DNA of 64,000 nucleotides from Diplonema japonicum (Eukaryota; Protista; Euglenozoa: Diplonemea). Location: the NCBI GenBank assembly GCA_964019335.1, contig OZ025700.1, positions 248,001-312,000 on the forward strand, in the 5' to 3' direction. Position numbers and translations under genes: made by a program. This document shows, piece by piece, positions 33,901-44,733 of the stretch. Numbering within the stretch: position 1 is the first letter of the stretch; each line of letters starts with the position of its first letter. The notes beneath the pieces are model-generated. The model was not told the DNA's origin, made no database searches, and was given only the letters and a program-made list of their open reading frames with translations.

Positions 33901-34448
33901 CCGCAAACTGAAGTTCTGTAGCGTTTGCCAAGGCAACACTTGGGGTTTCAATATACGAAAGATCTGGCTGATCCACCTTATCCAAACTATTTTCAACTAT
34001 ACAGAGCATGGCTGCTATGACAGCTGCTTCCCGTGCTTCCTGTGTTTCGGGCTTCCTGGCTCTATAACCACCAGAACCCCATCGTGTGAAGCTGCTGACG
34101 GTTAAGAGAATTGCGTACCCGATACTCAAATACCCAAGGATGGTGGCCATGGCTTTAAACGACAAAGCTGCTTTAAGCCCTGTTCCAAGAATAGGTCCCA
34201 ACGCCCAACCAAGGGCGTAGGCTGCATTCCACATCCCGTCTATAGTTGCCTGTCTGGAAGCATTGTCGCCGATGTCCAAAACCAGATCAGGATACCCAGC
34301 ATTGTTCCCCGCAGAGCCAACACCTTTAATAACCATCGCAAGCGCGGCCACAGGCGTGTTCTCTAGGAACTTGGAGCGGAACCCGAAAGCCTGCATGTCA
34401 AGCGGTCCTAACAGAATGAATGCGGCACCTAGAACGTAAAGCCCAGCA

Positions 34449-34479
<31 letters not shown>

Positions 34480-35665
34480 CAAAAAACCTGTAGAAGCTTG
34501 TACTTTCTTGAGTCGCCCACGCGTTCCCTCGTCTTGAACGTTTCTGTAAGCCATCCAACAGGCAGCCCGACTAACGTGTAGCTGATCGAGGAAAACATGA
34601 AAAAAACACCGACAAGCGCAGAGCTCATGTAATCAAGACGGGTCGACAACTACGGTTTTTTTTTTTTTTTTTTTTTTTTTAAATATATAAAACCCATACC
34701 GTCGGGTCCAACGAACCCACAATGGTGCCCGACAATGCGATGGCGACCAATGATATCATCACGGAAACGGAGATCACGGATAAAAGAGGGGCTTTTTCCT
34801 CGTCAGATGAGATGAACGCCTGCGGGATGAACAACCACACCAACGGAACCACCAACCCACACATGGCCCCCCATATGATGAAGTTTAACTGAAACCCAAC
34901 TAACGAGTCCAGCACCCCACCAAGAGGCGGGCCAGCCATGCAGCCGATTCCCGAACAAGTTCCTATCGCAGACATTACAACACCAGATTTATCTTTGAAT
35001 TTTTCCCCGCAAATTATGATGACACCGGTGTCGGCTAGGCTTCCGATAAACCCGCTGAGGAAATAAACGATTAGAAACCAGTATTTGTAGACATCCGGGC
35101 CTACACCAAGAGCGTCGGCGATGTCAGGTATAAGGCCGAAGAGCGAGGTGGTTAAAGCAGTGAAGACCATACCAGTTATGACCGAGGTGCGGGTTCCGAT
35201 TTTGAGGATCAGTTTTGCACCGAATATTCCCATTATCGCCATTCCAGAAGGGTACGCTGAGAATATAAATCCTTGGAACATTGTGCTGATATCGTGATCG
35301 TCGCAGTAAGTTGGGAAGAATGGACTGATGAACGTTGCTATACCGTAACGAACAAAGACAATGAACAGGGAGACGATTAGGATTTTGTTGCGGGATTTTT
35401 CTTGCAGGAGTGTGATGACGGATTCCCCGTCGCTTTCGTCGTCGTCATTATTCTGAAGCCCGTAGAAGTGTCCGGGTCGGTGGTGGGGGGTGTTGAATGT
35501 GTTCGCTAGGAGCCCCGTTTTTTCATTCTCCAGATCCGAATCGTACTCCTTCTCTGGTTCCATCCTAGCTGCCGAGCAAAACGACTGCCCGTCCGATACA
35601 TAACTATCGTGTACCGGGCTGTCCAAGGAGATTACTACTTTTGGCGTTGAGTCGGGTGACGCCAT
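33896..35665 (-). CDS. MFS transporter, SLC18B1/vesicular amine transporter-like; exons 35665-34700, 34649-34488, 34450-33896
   Basis: MFS motifs (ISPFFP, GIGCMAGPPLGGVL, LDPTL, AYALGWALGPILG). Two phase-0 A-tract introns (34650-34699, 34451-34487) restore the missing TM exon LSTRLDYMSSALVGVFFMFSSISYTLVGLPVGWL...KLLQ. Confidence 0.88.
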
Positions 35666-36491
35666 TTTTTTTTTTTTTTTTTTTCCTTTACGACATAAAA
35701 TTGGTTTAAAAAAAAAAGTTTTAAAAAAAAATGCGAGAGAGAAATCGGCAGGGAGAGAGAGAGAGAGAGAAGAAGAGAGAGTGAAGAAAAGAAAAAAAAA
35801 ATGAAATAAGAAACAACGAAGATTGAAGTACAGAAGAAAGGGGGTGGGGACAACCCTCTCTTTTTCTTTTCTTTTTTTTTTCTCCTTTTTTTTTCTCTCC
35901 TTATTTTTTATGCACGATTTTTTTTTTTTGTCTTTTTCCCCTCCCCGCAAAACACAATCTTATTTTTTTTTTTTTTTTGTTTATTTGAGATGAATGTTTC
36001 ACCTCGGCACAACGTCGCTCGTAAAAGAGAAGCAGAATAAAAATTTAAAAAAAATACGCCAGTCTTCAAAAGTCACCGCTGATTGTCAACGGTCCGTCCT
36101 CGGCCAACATCGACCTTGCAGGGGGTTTGACTTGAAACAAAGGAGAAAACATGATTTTTTTTCGCCCCCCCGTGTACTGGGGTGACTGCAACCTGACCGT
36201 CCGAGCAGTGCTGGGGCACTGTGACTCATGAAGGCTCACGACACAAACACAAAAAAAAGGGGGCAAAAAAAAAATAAATACTTTTACAAAAGAAGTATTG
36301 AGAATAAAAACTTTTCTTCTTCTTCTTTTTTTTCTCTCTTTGGTATGGGTTATTCCTCTTCAACAAAAAACATCCCATTTTCCCTCCCTTGGAAAATAAA
36401 GAGCGGGGATGTGAGAGGTAGGGGGGAGAAACAATAAGAAATTAAAGAGGTAAAAGGAAATCCCTGATCTGGGACGTCCTGTCTTGTTCTT

Positions 36492-36962
36492 CTACCTGCC
36501 CCTATCTCCCTTCAGCGGCTTCGGTCTTTCCTTTTTGGGCTGAGCCCGCTCCCTCATGGCGCTCACCCGCTCCTTCTGCCACTGCTGTCTCAGTTTCTGG
36601 AGGTCCTTCTTCGTCTGTACCGAGACGTGCAGCGGTCTTCTGTCCCAGCCCAAGACCTTTCTTCCCCCTATGGTCCTCAGGCCGTGGTTCCGCCGTTGCT
36701 CCGCCGGTATGGCTCTGTGTCCCCTGACCTTCCTCCTTATCCGCGCGTCCTGCCAGCCTTCCAATAAGAAATGTGCGCAACGGTTAAAAAATGATTTTTT
36801 TTTTTTTCCAGCACAATATTATCTGTAAACCCCTTCGAGAAGTGTCCCCCCCCTTCATCTCTTTTTCTATTTCCCCCCTTCTTCTGACCAAAAAGAAGAA
36901 AAAAAAAAAAACACAAATCAAACGGCACTCTTCTAACCTGTGCGGCGCCACCTCTCAGACAT
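36492..36962 (-). CDS. Small basic hypothetical protein (about 96 aa); exons 36962-36938, 36757-36492
   Basis: GC3-rich frame. A phase-1 GT-AG intron 36758-36937 gives MSERWRRTG|WQDARIRRKVRGHR...; further 3' exons are possible. Confidence 0.55.
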
Positions 36963-37232
36963 GGTACGCCTGATCGGGCATCTTTTTTCATTAGCCCTTA
37001 AAAAAAAAAAAAAAAAAAAAATATCATAACAATCAAACTGTTTTTCCCCGTTTGTAAAACGACACCAAGAGATACCGATCATCACACAAGACACAAGTAC
37101 ATCAAAAAAAAAATCATGACCAATATCTCCTCCCCCCCCCCCCCCACCCTTTTTTTTCTTCTTTTTTTTCATATTTCACACAACACCAACAAACAGGGGT
37201 GGCGACAAAAAAAAAAACTTTTTTTTTTCCCC

Positions 37233-38984
37233 TCAACCCGAAAGGAAAGGATGCCCAACCGACGACCGCTGCGTCTTGGAAACAGCAGAAACGGAGGAAC
37301 CAAGCACGGATTTCGGTCTGCCCTTCGGCAAGGGTAACGACTCCCTGTGACCAGTCACGGGAACATGCGACTTCGGGCGCTCCCCCGTGGCGAACGGATC
37401 GTCTTCCTTCACCGTTTTCAAAGCCTCATCATCATCAGTAAAGGTATACCCCTCTTCATACCCAAGCATCTCTGCAACTGTTTGAAACGGCTTCGCCCCA
37501 CGTGTCTCGGGTATAATGAAAGCCATGATCACACCAACAAAAGCAACACTGCCGAATACTGCCATTGCTAGGTTCAGCTGAGACGCGCCGAGGTCGACAA
37601 TGAAGGGTGTCACAACAGAGCCCATTTTACCCCCTGCAGTGCAGATGCCAAGTCCTGACGCACGAACATCAGCAGGAAAGATCTCCGCAGCCCAAACATA
37701 CGTCGTCGTAAAGGCCGCCGTCATGAACATGTTTCCACCAAACGCAAACCATTCCACACCATCCGCAGGGAGTATCGTAGCAAAACAGCATAACCCGCCT
37801 ATAAAAAGCGACAACAGCATTGTTCGTTTCCTCCCTAAAAGAGGATGGTCGACAGCGTACAACTGAATAGGGTACACAGGGAGTTCCAACATTGACAGTA
37901 ATGCCGCGTTGAAGTACGCGTCGCCTGGTAATGTCGCCCCAGAAAGACCCAACCCGAAGTAGCATAGCGACGCTGCCATCCACACAAATGCCATGCTGAG
38001 CGTGATGACACGAATCTTCGGGGTTACAATAAGCGTGAACGCGCTTGTCGCGTCATCTGCTCCCGGTTGCGCGTCGGTAGGATCGGCGTATTTAATAGGA
38101 TTGTCCGGGAGGGTTCGTTTATTCACCTGCGCGATTTTGGAGAATATTTTTTTGGCCTTTTCAAGCCGGCCGACAGATAAAAGCCACATCGGTGATTCAG
38201 ATCCCAATAACGGCCACAACGCCATAGGTGCGGTTCCTGCTGAAACGACCAATGAAAATGTTTTCCAATTCGGGATCTGCCATGCGAGGATTGCCAAGGA
38301 TGCTGAACCCGCTGCACCGATCATGAAATAGATTGATCCGAACAACGCTGCACGTTTCTGAGGGATGAACTCGCTGCCGTATACGTAATTCGTTAACAGC
38401 AGCGGTCCGGTGAAGAAACCGTGCATGAACTTCAACGGGACGAACATTTCCATGGATGTTGCGAGGGTTGTGAGGCTCAGCGTCGCGGCAGTGAGAAGAA
38501 TGTACACGACAAGCGGTTTCCTCCGTCCGTAGATGTCGCCCATCCTCCCGCATGTTACCCCGCCGAGGAGCCATCCCAAAAAGAACCCTGAGTCTGACAA
38601 GGGTACCAACCATGAGTTATCACATGTGAGGCTCCACTCGTTGTAGATGGACTCCCCCGACAACCCCCAGCTTGCGTTTTCATATCCCGCTTTGTATGAG
38701 GACGAACAGAAATCGTCCGTGTCAGGGTCGGTTGGGTACCCGTCGGGGATGATGCATTCTGCCGCCATGCACTTTACCTCCAATGGTAGATGAACGTAGT
38801 ACATCACCATCACGTGGCAGGACACGACGGCTGCAGCCAGCCATGATGCGAGGGTGTTTAAACATTGATACCTTCCCCATCCTCCCACTGCGTCCAAATA
38901 CTCGTCTTCGGTGAGCTCCTCGCCTTGGGGCTTGTCGTTGTAATTGTCGCCGTCAGCACGGAGGGGGTTCGTTTCTTCTGTCAT
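37233..38984 (-). CDS. SLC22/organic cation transporter-like MFS protein
   Basis: GGWGRYQ, large Cys loop then EWSLTC, GDIYGRRKP, ESPMWL, YFGL, LGRKR, AEIFPADVRASG, IPETRG. ATG at 38984 after an A-run. Confidence 0.9.
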   Translation of the reverse strand: MTEETNPLRADGDNYNDKPQGEELTEDEYLDAVGGWGRYQCLNTLASWLAAAVVSCHVMVMYYVHLPLEVKCMAAECIIPDGYPTDPDTDDFCSSSYKAGYENASWGLSGESIYNEWSLTCDNSWLVPLSDSGFFLGWLLGGVTCGRMGDIYGRRKPLVVYILLTAATLSLTTLATSMEMFVPLKFMHGFFTGPLLLTNYVYGSEFIPQKRAALFGSIYFMIGAAGSASLAILAWQIPNWKTFSLVVSAGTAPMALWPLLGSESPMWLLSVGRLEKAKKIFSKIAQVNKRTLPDNPIKYADPTDAQPGADDATSAFTLIVTPKIRVITLSMAFVWMAASLCYFGLGLSGATLPGDAYFNAALLSMLELPVYPIQLYAVDHPLLGRKRTMLLSLFIGGLCCFATILPADGVEWFAFGGNMFMTAAFTTTYVWAAEIFPADVRASGLGICTAGGKMGSVVTPFIVDLGASQLNLAMAVFGSVAFVGVIMAFIIPETRGAKPFQTVAEMLGYEEGYTFTDDDEALKTVKEDDPFATGERPKSHVPVTGHRESLPLPKGRPKSVLGSSVSAVSKTQRSSVGHPFLSG

Positions 38985-39077
38985 ATTTTTTTTTTTTTCC
39001 CCCCCACACCCGCCTCCCTCCCTCCCTCCTTTTTGTTGTTGTCGATGGGGGGTAAAAAAAAAATAATAATAATAATA

Positions 39078-39671
39078 TTTTCGTGCGTTCAACGCCCGTC
39101 TCAACTCTTCTTTCATCGTTTTTGCAGTATTTTCTGCGTCTGTTGAGTCTAAAATCTCGCGTATCGCTGCCACGCCGTCTGCGCCGTGTTCGACCACCTC
39201 GTGGATGTTCCTTGTTGTCACGCCCCCTATTGCTATCAGTGGGGGAGCCTTGTCTCCCAAAGCGCTGCGGATGTCTCGCAGCAACACGGGGGATTCTACA
39301 ACTAGCTTTTCAGGGTGCGAGGGTGTGGGGTACATGGTGCCGATTAAGAGGTATTCGGGGTTGTGGGCGATCCCGTCAAGCACCTCATCGAGTGAGTGGG
39401 ATGACGTGCCTACGATTTCCCGGTTCGGCTGAACGGGTTCTTGCTTTGCATTTTTCGCAGATAGATGCAGCCCGTCTGCCCAAGTTGGACACTCGTTGCC
39501 GTGTGCCACCAGTTTTACACCTTTTCTGCGGTCTTTCAATGCCCGCCCCCAATTTTTATTCAGCCCTTCGCCTTTTACATGTATTATGTCCACACCTCCA
39601 GAGCAAGCTTGGAGTACCTTTTTTGCACACACATTACTCTTTGTGACAATGAGGTGCAGGGTACCACGCAT
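39078..39671 (-). CDS. Thiamine-phosphate synthase (ThiE/TenI family)-like protein; no genomic stop codon
   Basis: ADGLHL, VGTSSHS, YLLIGTMYPTPSHP, PLIAIGGVT, GADGVAAI. The frame continues without a stop into the SLC22 gene. Confidence 0.85.
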
Positions 39672-40276
39672 GCTACCCTTTTCTTTCTTATTTTTTTTTT
39701 TCTCTTGGAGGGAAGAAAAAAAAAAAAAAAAAAAAAAAAAAAAACGAAGAGACATGTAAGTAGAGGATAGGAGAGGGGTGTGTGTGGGGGGGGAAGGGTA
39801 ACACGTGTCCAACGGAATAAAACGACAATAAAAAAAAAGAAAAAAAAAAAGACGCAGACAATTTTTTTTTTTTTTGTGTGTCAATCTTTGTCCCAAAGGA
39901 AGAAGCTCTATGGGAAAATCTATTTTTTCTTCTAGTTTTTTTTTCTCTTTTTTTCTCCCCCTCCTTCCCGTTTTTTTTTTTTTTTTTTTTTTTTTCCACC
40001 ATGATTCTATATGACTTATGGCATTGTTATTCATCACAAACTGCATAAAGGTATCATAAAAACAGTAAAATCTTTTTTTTTTTTTCTCTCACGCCCACTC
40101 AGCCTATTAGCTTGCACCGCTCTCCCCTCCCCCATCCTGTCCCGAGAAATAAAAGAATCGCGCGGGTCTTCCTTTCCTGAATAAAAAAAATGGTCCATTT
40201 TTAACGGACTAAAAAATAATAAGGGGGGGAGGGGGGAATCTATAAGGGGAGAAAAAAAAAAAAAAAAAAGAAAGAA

Positions 40277-41106
40277 TCATTTACAGCACCCGGGGAGTTT
40301 TGTATTTTTCCCGTTCTGTTTTTTCTCACCGTCGAGCCTAATAGTGGCCGATCCAGAGGTTGGTGGTTTTTTCCCCGCTTGCGGCATTGCCACAGGGGCG
40401 GCTTCTCGTGACAAAAGTTTCTCAGCCATCACGCAAGCAATTCTGTTAAACAGATTTCGAGCAGGCGTCCGAGAATGTGATTTTGTCAATAAAGCATCAT
40501 CTTTGACAGATGCTCTGTACGTCTCAAGTTTGTGTTGTCGGGAAAGTGCAGCGACCTCTGTATCTTCCACAAAACACACCAAATCCATTTTATTGCAAAC
40601 AAGGAAAATGGGTATATCTGCATCCACGGACCTCTTCAGCTCCGGCAGCCACCGGGAGGTGACCTTCTTGAAGCTTTCAGGATCGTGGCCATCGTACACA
40701 ATAATAGCCGCTTCTGCCCCACTGTAGTAAGTTCTTGCAATGGCAGCGTACTTCTCTTGGCCTGCGGTGTCCCAGCATGTCAGTGTGAGGGGAATCCCAA
40801 AGACGTCATACTTCAGGAACTCAAAATCCACCCCGATGGTTACTTTATAATTGCTGTCGAATTCGTCGTGGCTCGCCCTTTTCAGCAAGGACGTCTTCCC
40901 CACCCCCGCCTCCCCGACCACGACCACCTTGATGTCCCACCCAGTGGAACAAGCGTCGCGTTGCGAGTCTGCCACAGGTGTCAGCTCCGTCCGACCCTTT
41001 TTTTTTTTTTTTTTTTTTTTTATGTTTGGCATACCCCATTCAAATCAAACCCCGGGCCGTCATACGGAACGAAGGAATGTACGTGTGTTACTTCTTGTGT
41101 CGCCAT
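40277..41106 (-). CDS. Rab GTPase, Rab34/Rab36-like; exons 41106-41035, 40996-40277
   Basis: GEAGVGKT, YKVTIGVDFE, FGIPLTL, WDTAGQE, NKMD, C-terminal CCK. Phase-0 38-nt intron 40997-41034. Confidence 0.88.
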
Positions 41107-41367
41107 TTTTTTTTTTTTGTTTTTTTTTTTTTTTTTTCCTCCCTTTCTTTATTTCCCTCGCACCGGGGTCCTGCTGTTGCTTATGTATGTGGGGTGTATG
41201 GGGTGGAACAGGGAATTTGAAAAAAAAAAAAAATACACAAAATCTCTTGGGAAAAGGGATAGAAATAACAAGTTGTTTGCGAGAGGGAGAGCAAGACAGA
41301 ATGGGTGGGTGGGTAGGGGAAAGTATGTAAACTATTCTTTCTCTCTCTCGTTTTTCTCCTTCTTTTC

Positions 41368-42260
41368 CTAATTAGATGCCGCTGCCGCCCCGCCGCCGCC
41401 GCCAATGCTGCTGCTGCCCGCCGTCATGGACCGGAACTGCTGTTCGTACTTGCTTATTATTTCCTTGTTTTTTTCGTTCCGCGCGACCAACTTGCTCAGT
41501 TTGCTCTCGAGCTTCGCGATACGTATTTGGTCTTCATCGCCACTTGTCAGCACTCGATTGCCCGTAGGCGGCTCAAGGGCCTTCGCAGAAGGGGACTTGG
41601 CCACAGACATCTCCTGGATTTGCTTGACAAGATCTTTAGACCCCGCTTTACTGGCTTCTACCGCGTGTCGGTGTGCTCCCTTCAGCCCTTCTTGCAAATC
41701 AAGAACCTGCTGTTTTGCAAGACACTCTTCATGCCCCGCTTTCTTACCAGCTGCGAATGCTGCTGCGAAAAGCGAGTCTGCCTGCAACCAGAAGGACGAG
41801 TAATGCTGCAAGATCAGATCTTCAACAGCCTGTTCGATAGCCGCAGATGGTTCCCTCATCTTGCGAGCTTTTATGGTACTTTCGTAGATAGTTATGGCTT
41901 GGGTGAACGAGGATGCCTGAAAAGATGGGGGGGAGGGGGGAATAAAATAAAAAAATAATAAAAATAGTATACCTGTCTCTCGTGGTATTCCTTCAACAGT
42001 TTCAATGTGTCGCCCACAAGATCTCCCTCCTGCCCGATGCTCGTGCTTCTCGGTGTTGCTACCTCGCTAGCTTTTTTGTACCACTCCGCTGCCTTCTCGT
42101 GTCCTGCCGCAAGGACGCCGAACGACCCTTCCCTTTCCTCTACTTCAACGCTCAGCTCGTGGGCGGTGACCACTGGGGACTTCGATGGGATCACGTACTG
42201 GAAGGTTTCTTTCCCGGAAGGAGGGACTTTCCGGCGGTCGGTAGGGGTCGTGTTCGCCAC
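41368..42260 (-). CDS. Coiled-coil hypothetical protein; exons about 42260-41973 and 41916-41368 (start unresolved)
   Basis: Phase-0 intron 41917-41972 joins ...EYHERQ to ASSFTQAITIYESTIKARKMREP...; no ATG found in the upstream exon. Confidence 0.6.
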
Positions 42261-42410
42261 CGCTTTCCTTCACCTTCTCCCCTTCCCCTCCCCCACCTAC
42301 TTGTGTGATGATTTTACCTTTTGCAAATAGTTATAAAAGGAAAAAAAAAAAAAAAAAAAACTATTCTCTTGTATTCGTTTTTTTCTTTTTTTCTTTTTTT
42401 TTCTTTTAAA

Positions 42411-43223
42411 TTATTGTTCACGCGTCACAATTTCCCCCGAGCCCTTGGCCATGGGGGCCGAGCCGAGCATGGCTGAAAATACCCAGAAAATGATAATGAG
42501 CATCACAAGGAGAAGTGCGCGGGCACGTCTTTTTGACAGAGGGCGTTCCCTTTGAACAGGAAGCGGGATTTGAGGAAGAGGAAGAGCAGGACGGGACTGG
42601 GGGGAAAGAGGCGGCGAAGACGTGTTAGACGAAACTGCAGGGGAGACCGGAGGGGTCACGGGAACAGGCGTTTTCACCGTGTAGTTGAAGATAGCGGGGA
42701 GCACAGGGATGGGTTGGGTTTTGCAGAACTCGAAGAACCTGCGTGGCGTAGCCGCAACTTCCCTTGTCACTACCTGATGCACCGCAGGACGTAAGAGCCA
42801 AGAGACCGAACCTCCATCGTACACATATTTCATTTGAACCACAACTCGCGTGTTTTTCCTTGCCATACAATTCTCTTGTATAATGTATTTTGCCTCCACA
42901 GACATGGATTCGGCCAAGGCACCGCCGCTGTTTTGTATTAAAGAGTCCACTACCCATCCGGTCCCGTCTCGGTTTGCGGTTTCTGTAACCGTTGCCTTTG
43001 AGGGGCCTTGTCGCAGGACTCTGCTGTCTTGAAAGCCGTATACACCTTTCCGGTTCCAGGAAGCGTCGGTTTTCTCCCAGCCCTTCTCTATTCCAACGGA
43101 AAGCCTTCCATCTTTAGTGTGGAAGCCACGGAAAACAGCGTCACTGAAAAGTATTGAGAATACGGCATCGACAGGCCAGTCAAAGACTTCTTCCACTACA
43201 TGGGTTCCCGTCGTTTTTCCCAT
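42411..43223 (-). CDS. VASt/StART-like lipid-transfer domain protein with C-terminal TM
   Basis: EEVFDWPVDAVFSILFSD N-terminus, VASt-like beta strands, SWLLRPAV, Pro-rich linker, TM LLLVMLIIIFWVF. Confidence 0.7.
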   Translation of the reverse strand: MGKTTGTHVVEEVFDWPVDAVFSILFSDAVFRGFHTKDGRLSVGIEKGWEKTDASWNRKGVYGFQDSRVLRQGPSKATVTETANRDGTGWVVDSLIQNSGGALAESMSVEAKYIIQENCMARKNTRVVVQMKYVYDGGSVSWLLRPAVHQVVTREVAATPRRFFEFCKTQPIPVLPAIFNYTVKTPVPVTPPVSPAVSSNTSSPPLSPQSRPALPLPQIPLPVQRERPLSKRRARALLLVMLIIIFWVFSAMLGSAPMAKGSGEIVTREQ

Positions 43224-43465
43224 TGCATTTTTTCCGCCTGTCTATAGGTATTCAATACGGAACGAACCAAGAGAGGGGGAAAAAAAAAGAAACGGAAATC
43301 AAAGGATAGATGGAGGGGATGGGGTGGACATATAAAAATAAGGGGGGGGGCAGTTTTATTTTGTAAAAAAAAAAAGAGATCCGAAAAAGAAAAAAGAAAA
43401 GGAATAAATATCTAAATATAAAAAAAAATATCTCTTTTTTTTTGTTCCCCACCCCCCCCCCCCCC

Positions 43466-43991
43466 CTACTTGTATTGTTGCTGCCTCTTAAAATACTCCT
43501 GCTCCAGTGCCTCATCTTCCCTTGCCCGTCTGGCTTTGATCTCGTCATCTTCACCTCTTGAGTATCTCATAGGGTTTGGTTCTGTGCCGTAAGTGTCGGA
43601 AGGCGGCGGTGGTGCAGTGGCCTGTTGAGTGGGCTGAAGGGATGAAAACTTTAAAGAAAAAAAAAAAGAATCTTTTTTTTTTTTTTTTTTTGATTCACAC
43701 CTCGTTGGCTCCGTAACCGTGTGTTGCAACACCTGAGAACTCATCGTCCATTGGAGCGGCAGGCTGAGCCTTGTCCGCTCCGGCAGCAGGGGTTTTTTTG
43801 TTTGTTTTCTCGCCCTTTCCAAATTTCTTACGGAACCACCCGGAGATCCCGCTTGCCGCCTCTTCTTCGGCAATGAGAGATTCCAACTCGGCAATGGCTT
43901 CATTCAGATGGGGAACTCCCTCGTTTCGCATTTTATAGAGAAACGTGATTTGACCACTCGCGGTCTGCGTTGTTTTTTAAATTTTGGAGAA

Positions 43992-44037
<46 letters not shown>

Positions 44038-44612
44038 TTTGACGGTGGAAGGTTTTGAGCTTGTTGATAAGTACCGCCTTTTCGTATTTTCTTGACGACG
44101 TCCTTCCCGTCTGCTCCGCGCATTTGGCAGCATCCTAGCAAGATGTAGAGACATCCTGTTCCAAAGAAGCACCAACCGAAGGATTTTATAGCCAGTTTAA
44201 CATTGTCACCATCAAGGCCAAAGACTTCGACCGCGTTCATTACAGCGGCAGAGTGTACAAGTTGGACCCCGAGAAAAACTTGAAAAATCCCGCGACCAGG
44301 CCAGTAGTGAAGAATCAGGGCGTAGTTGAAGACCCACAACGGTTCCCACTCTACAAGGAACAGGATGAGACTTAAAAGCATGTAGAAGCTGTAGGTGATC
44401 GTCGCCACGATAATCTCAAGAGTGGTTTTCTGCTTGATGTGTTTCCCATCTGAATCCTTTGAAGGGTTCTCGATGGTGTCATCAATCAAGAACAAGCACC
44501 CTACAAAGCAGGCTACGCAGCTGACGGCCACCAGCACAGACAACAGCTTCTTGATCAAGAAATTGCCCCCTTCACCGTCCTGCGGGGGGCCAGTTCGTTG
44601 GGGTGGTGGCAT
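43466..44612 (-). CDS. COPI-associated (Tvp15-like) membrane protein with C-terminal extension; exons 44612-44037, 43964-43701, 43648 (or 43633)-43466
   Basis: Four TM segments with E...YWPGRGIFQVFLG. Two phase-0 GT-AG introns link three ORFs in frame. Confidence 0.75.
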
Positions 44613-44690
44613 TTTTTTTTTCTCTCTTCTTTTTTTTTGTTCCCCCTCCCCCCACGTGTCTTTTTTTTTTTTTTTTTTTTTTTTGGGAAG

Positions 44691-44733
<43 letters not shown>

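Noticed and set aside
36600-36757. Small basic protein as ribosomal protein bL34 (RRNHGLRTIGGRKVL)
   Set aside because: The resemblance is weak, with wrong spacing; it cannot be supported without a profile search.
39672-40046. N-terminal 125 aa of the 937-aa ORF, and similar poly-K/poly-F extensions on other ORFs
   Set aside because: Translation of stop-poor A/T homopolymer spacer; conserved domains begin at downstream ATGs.
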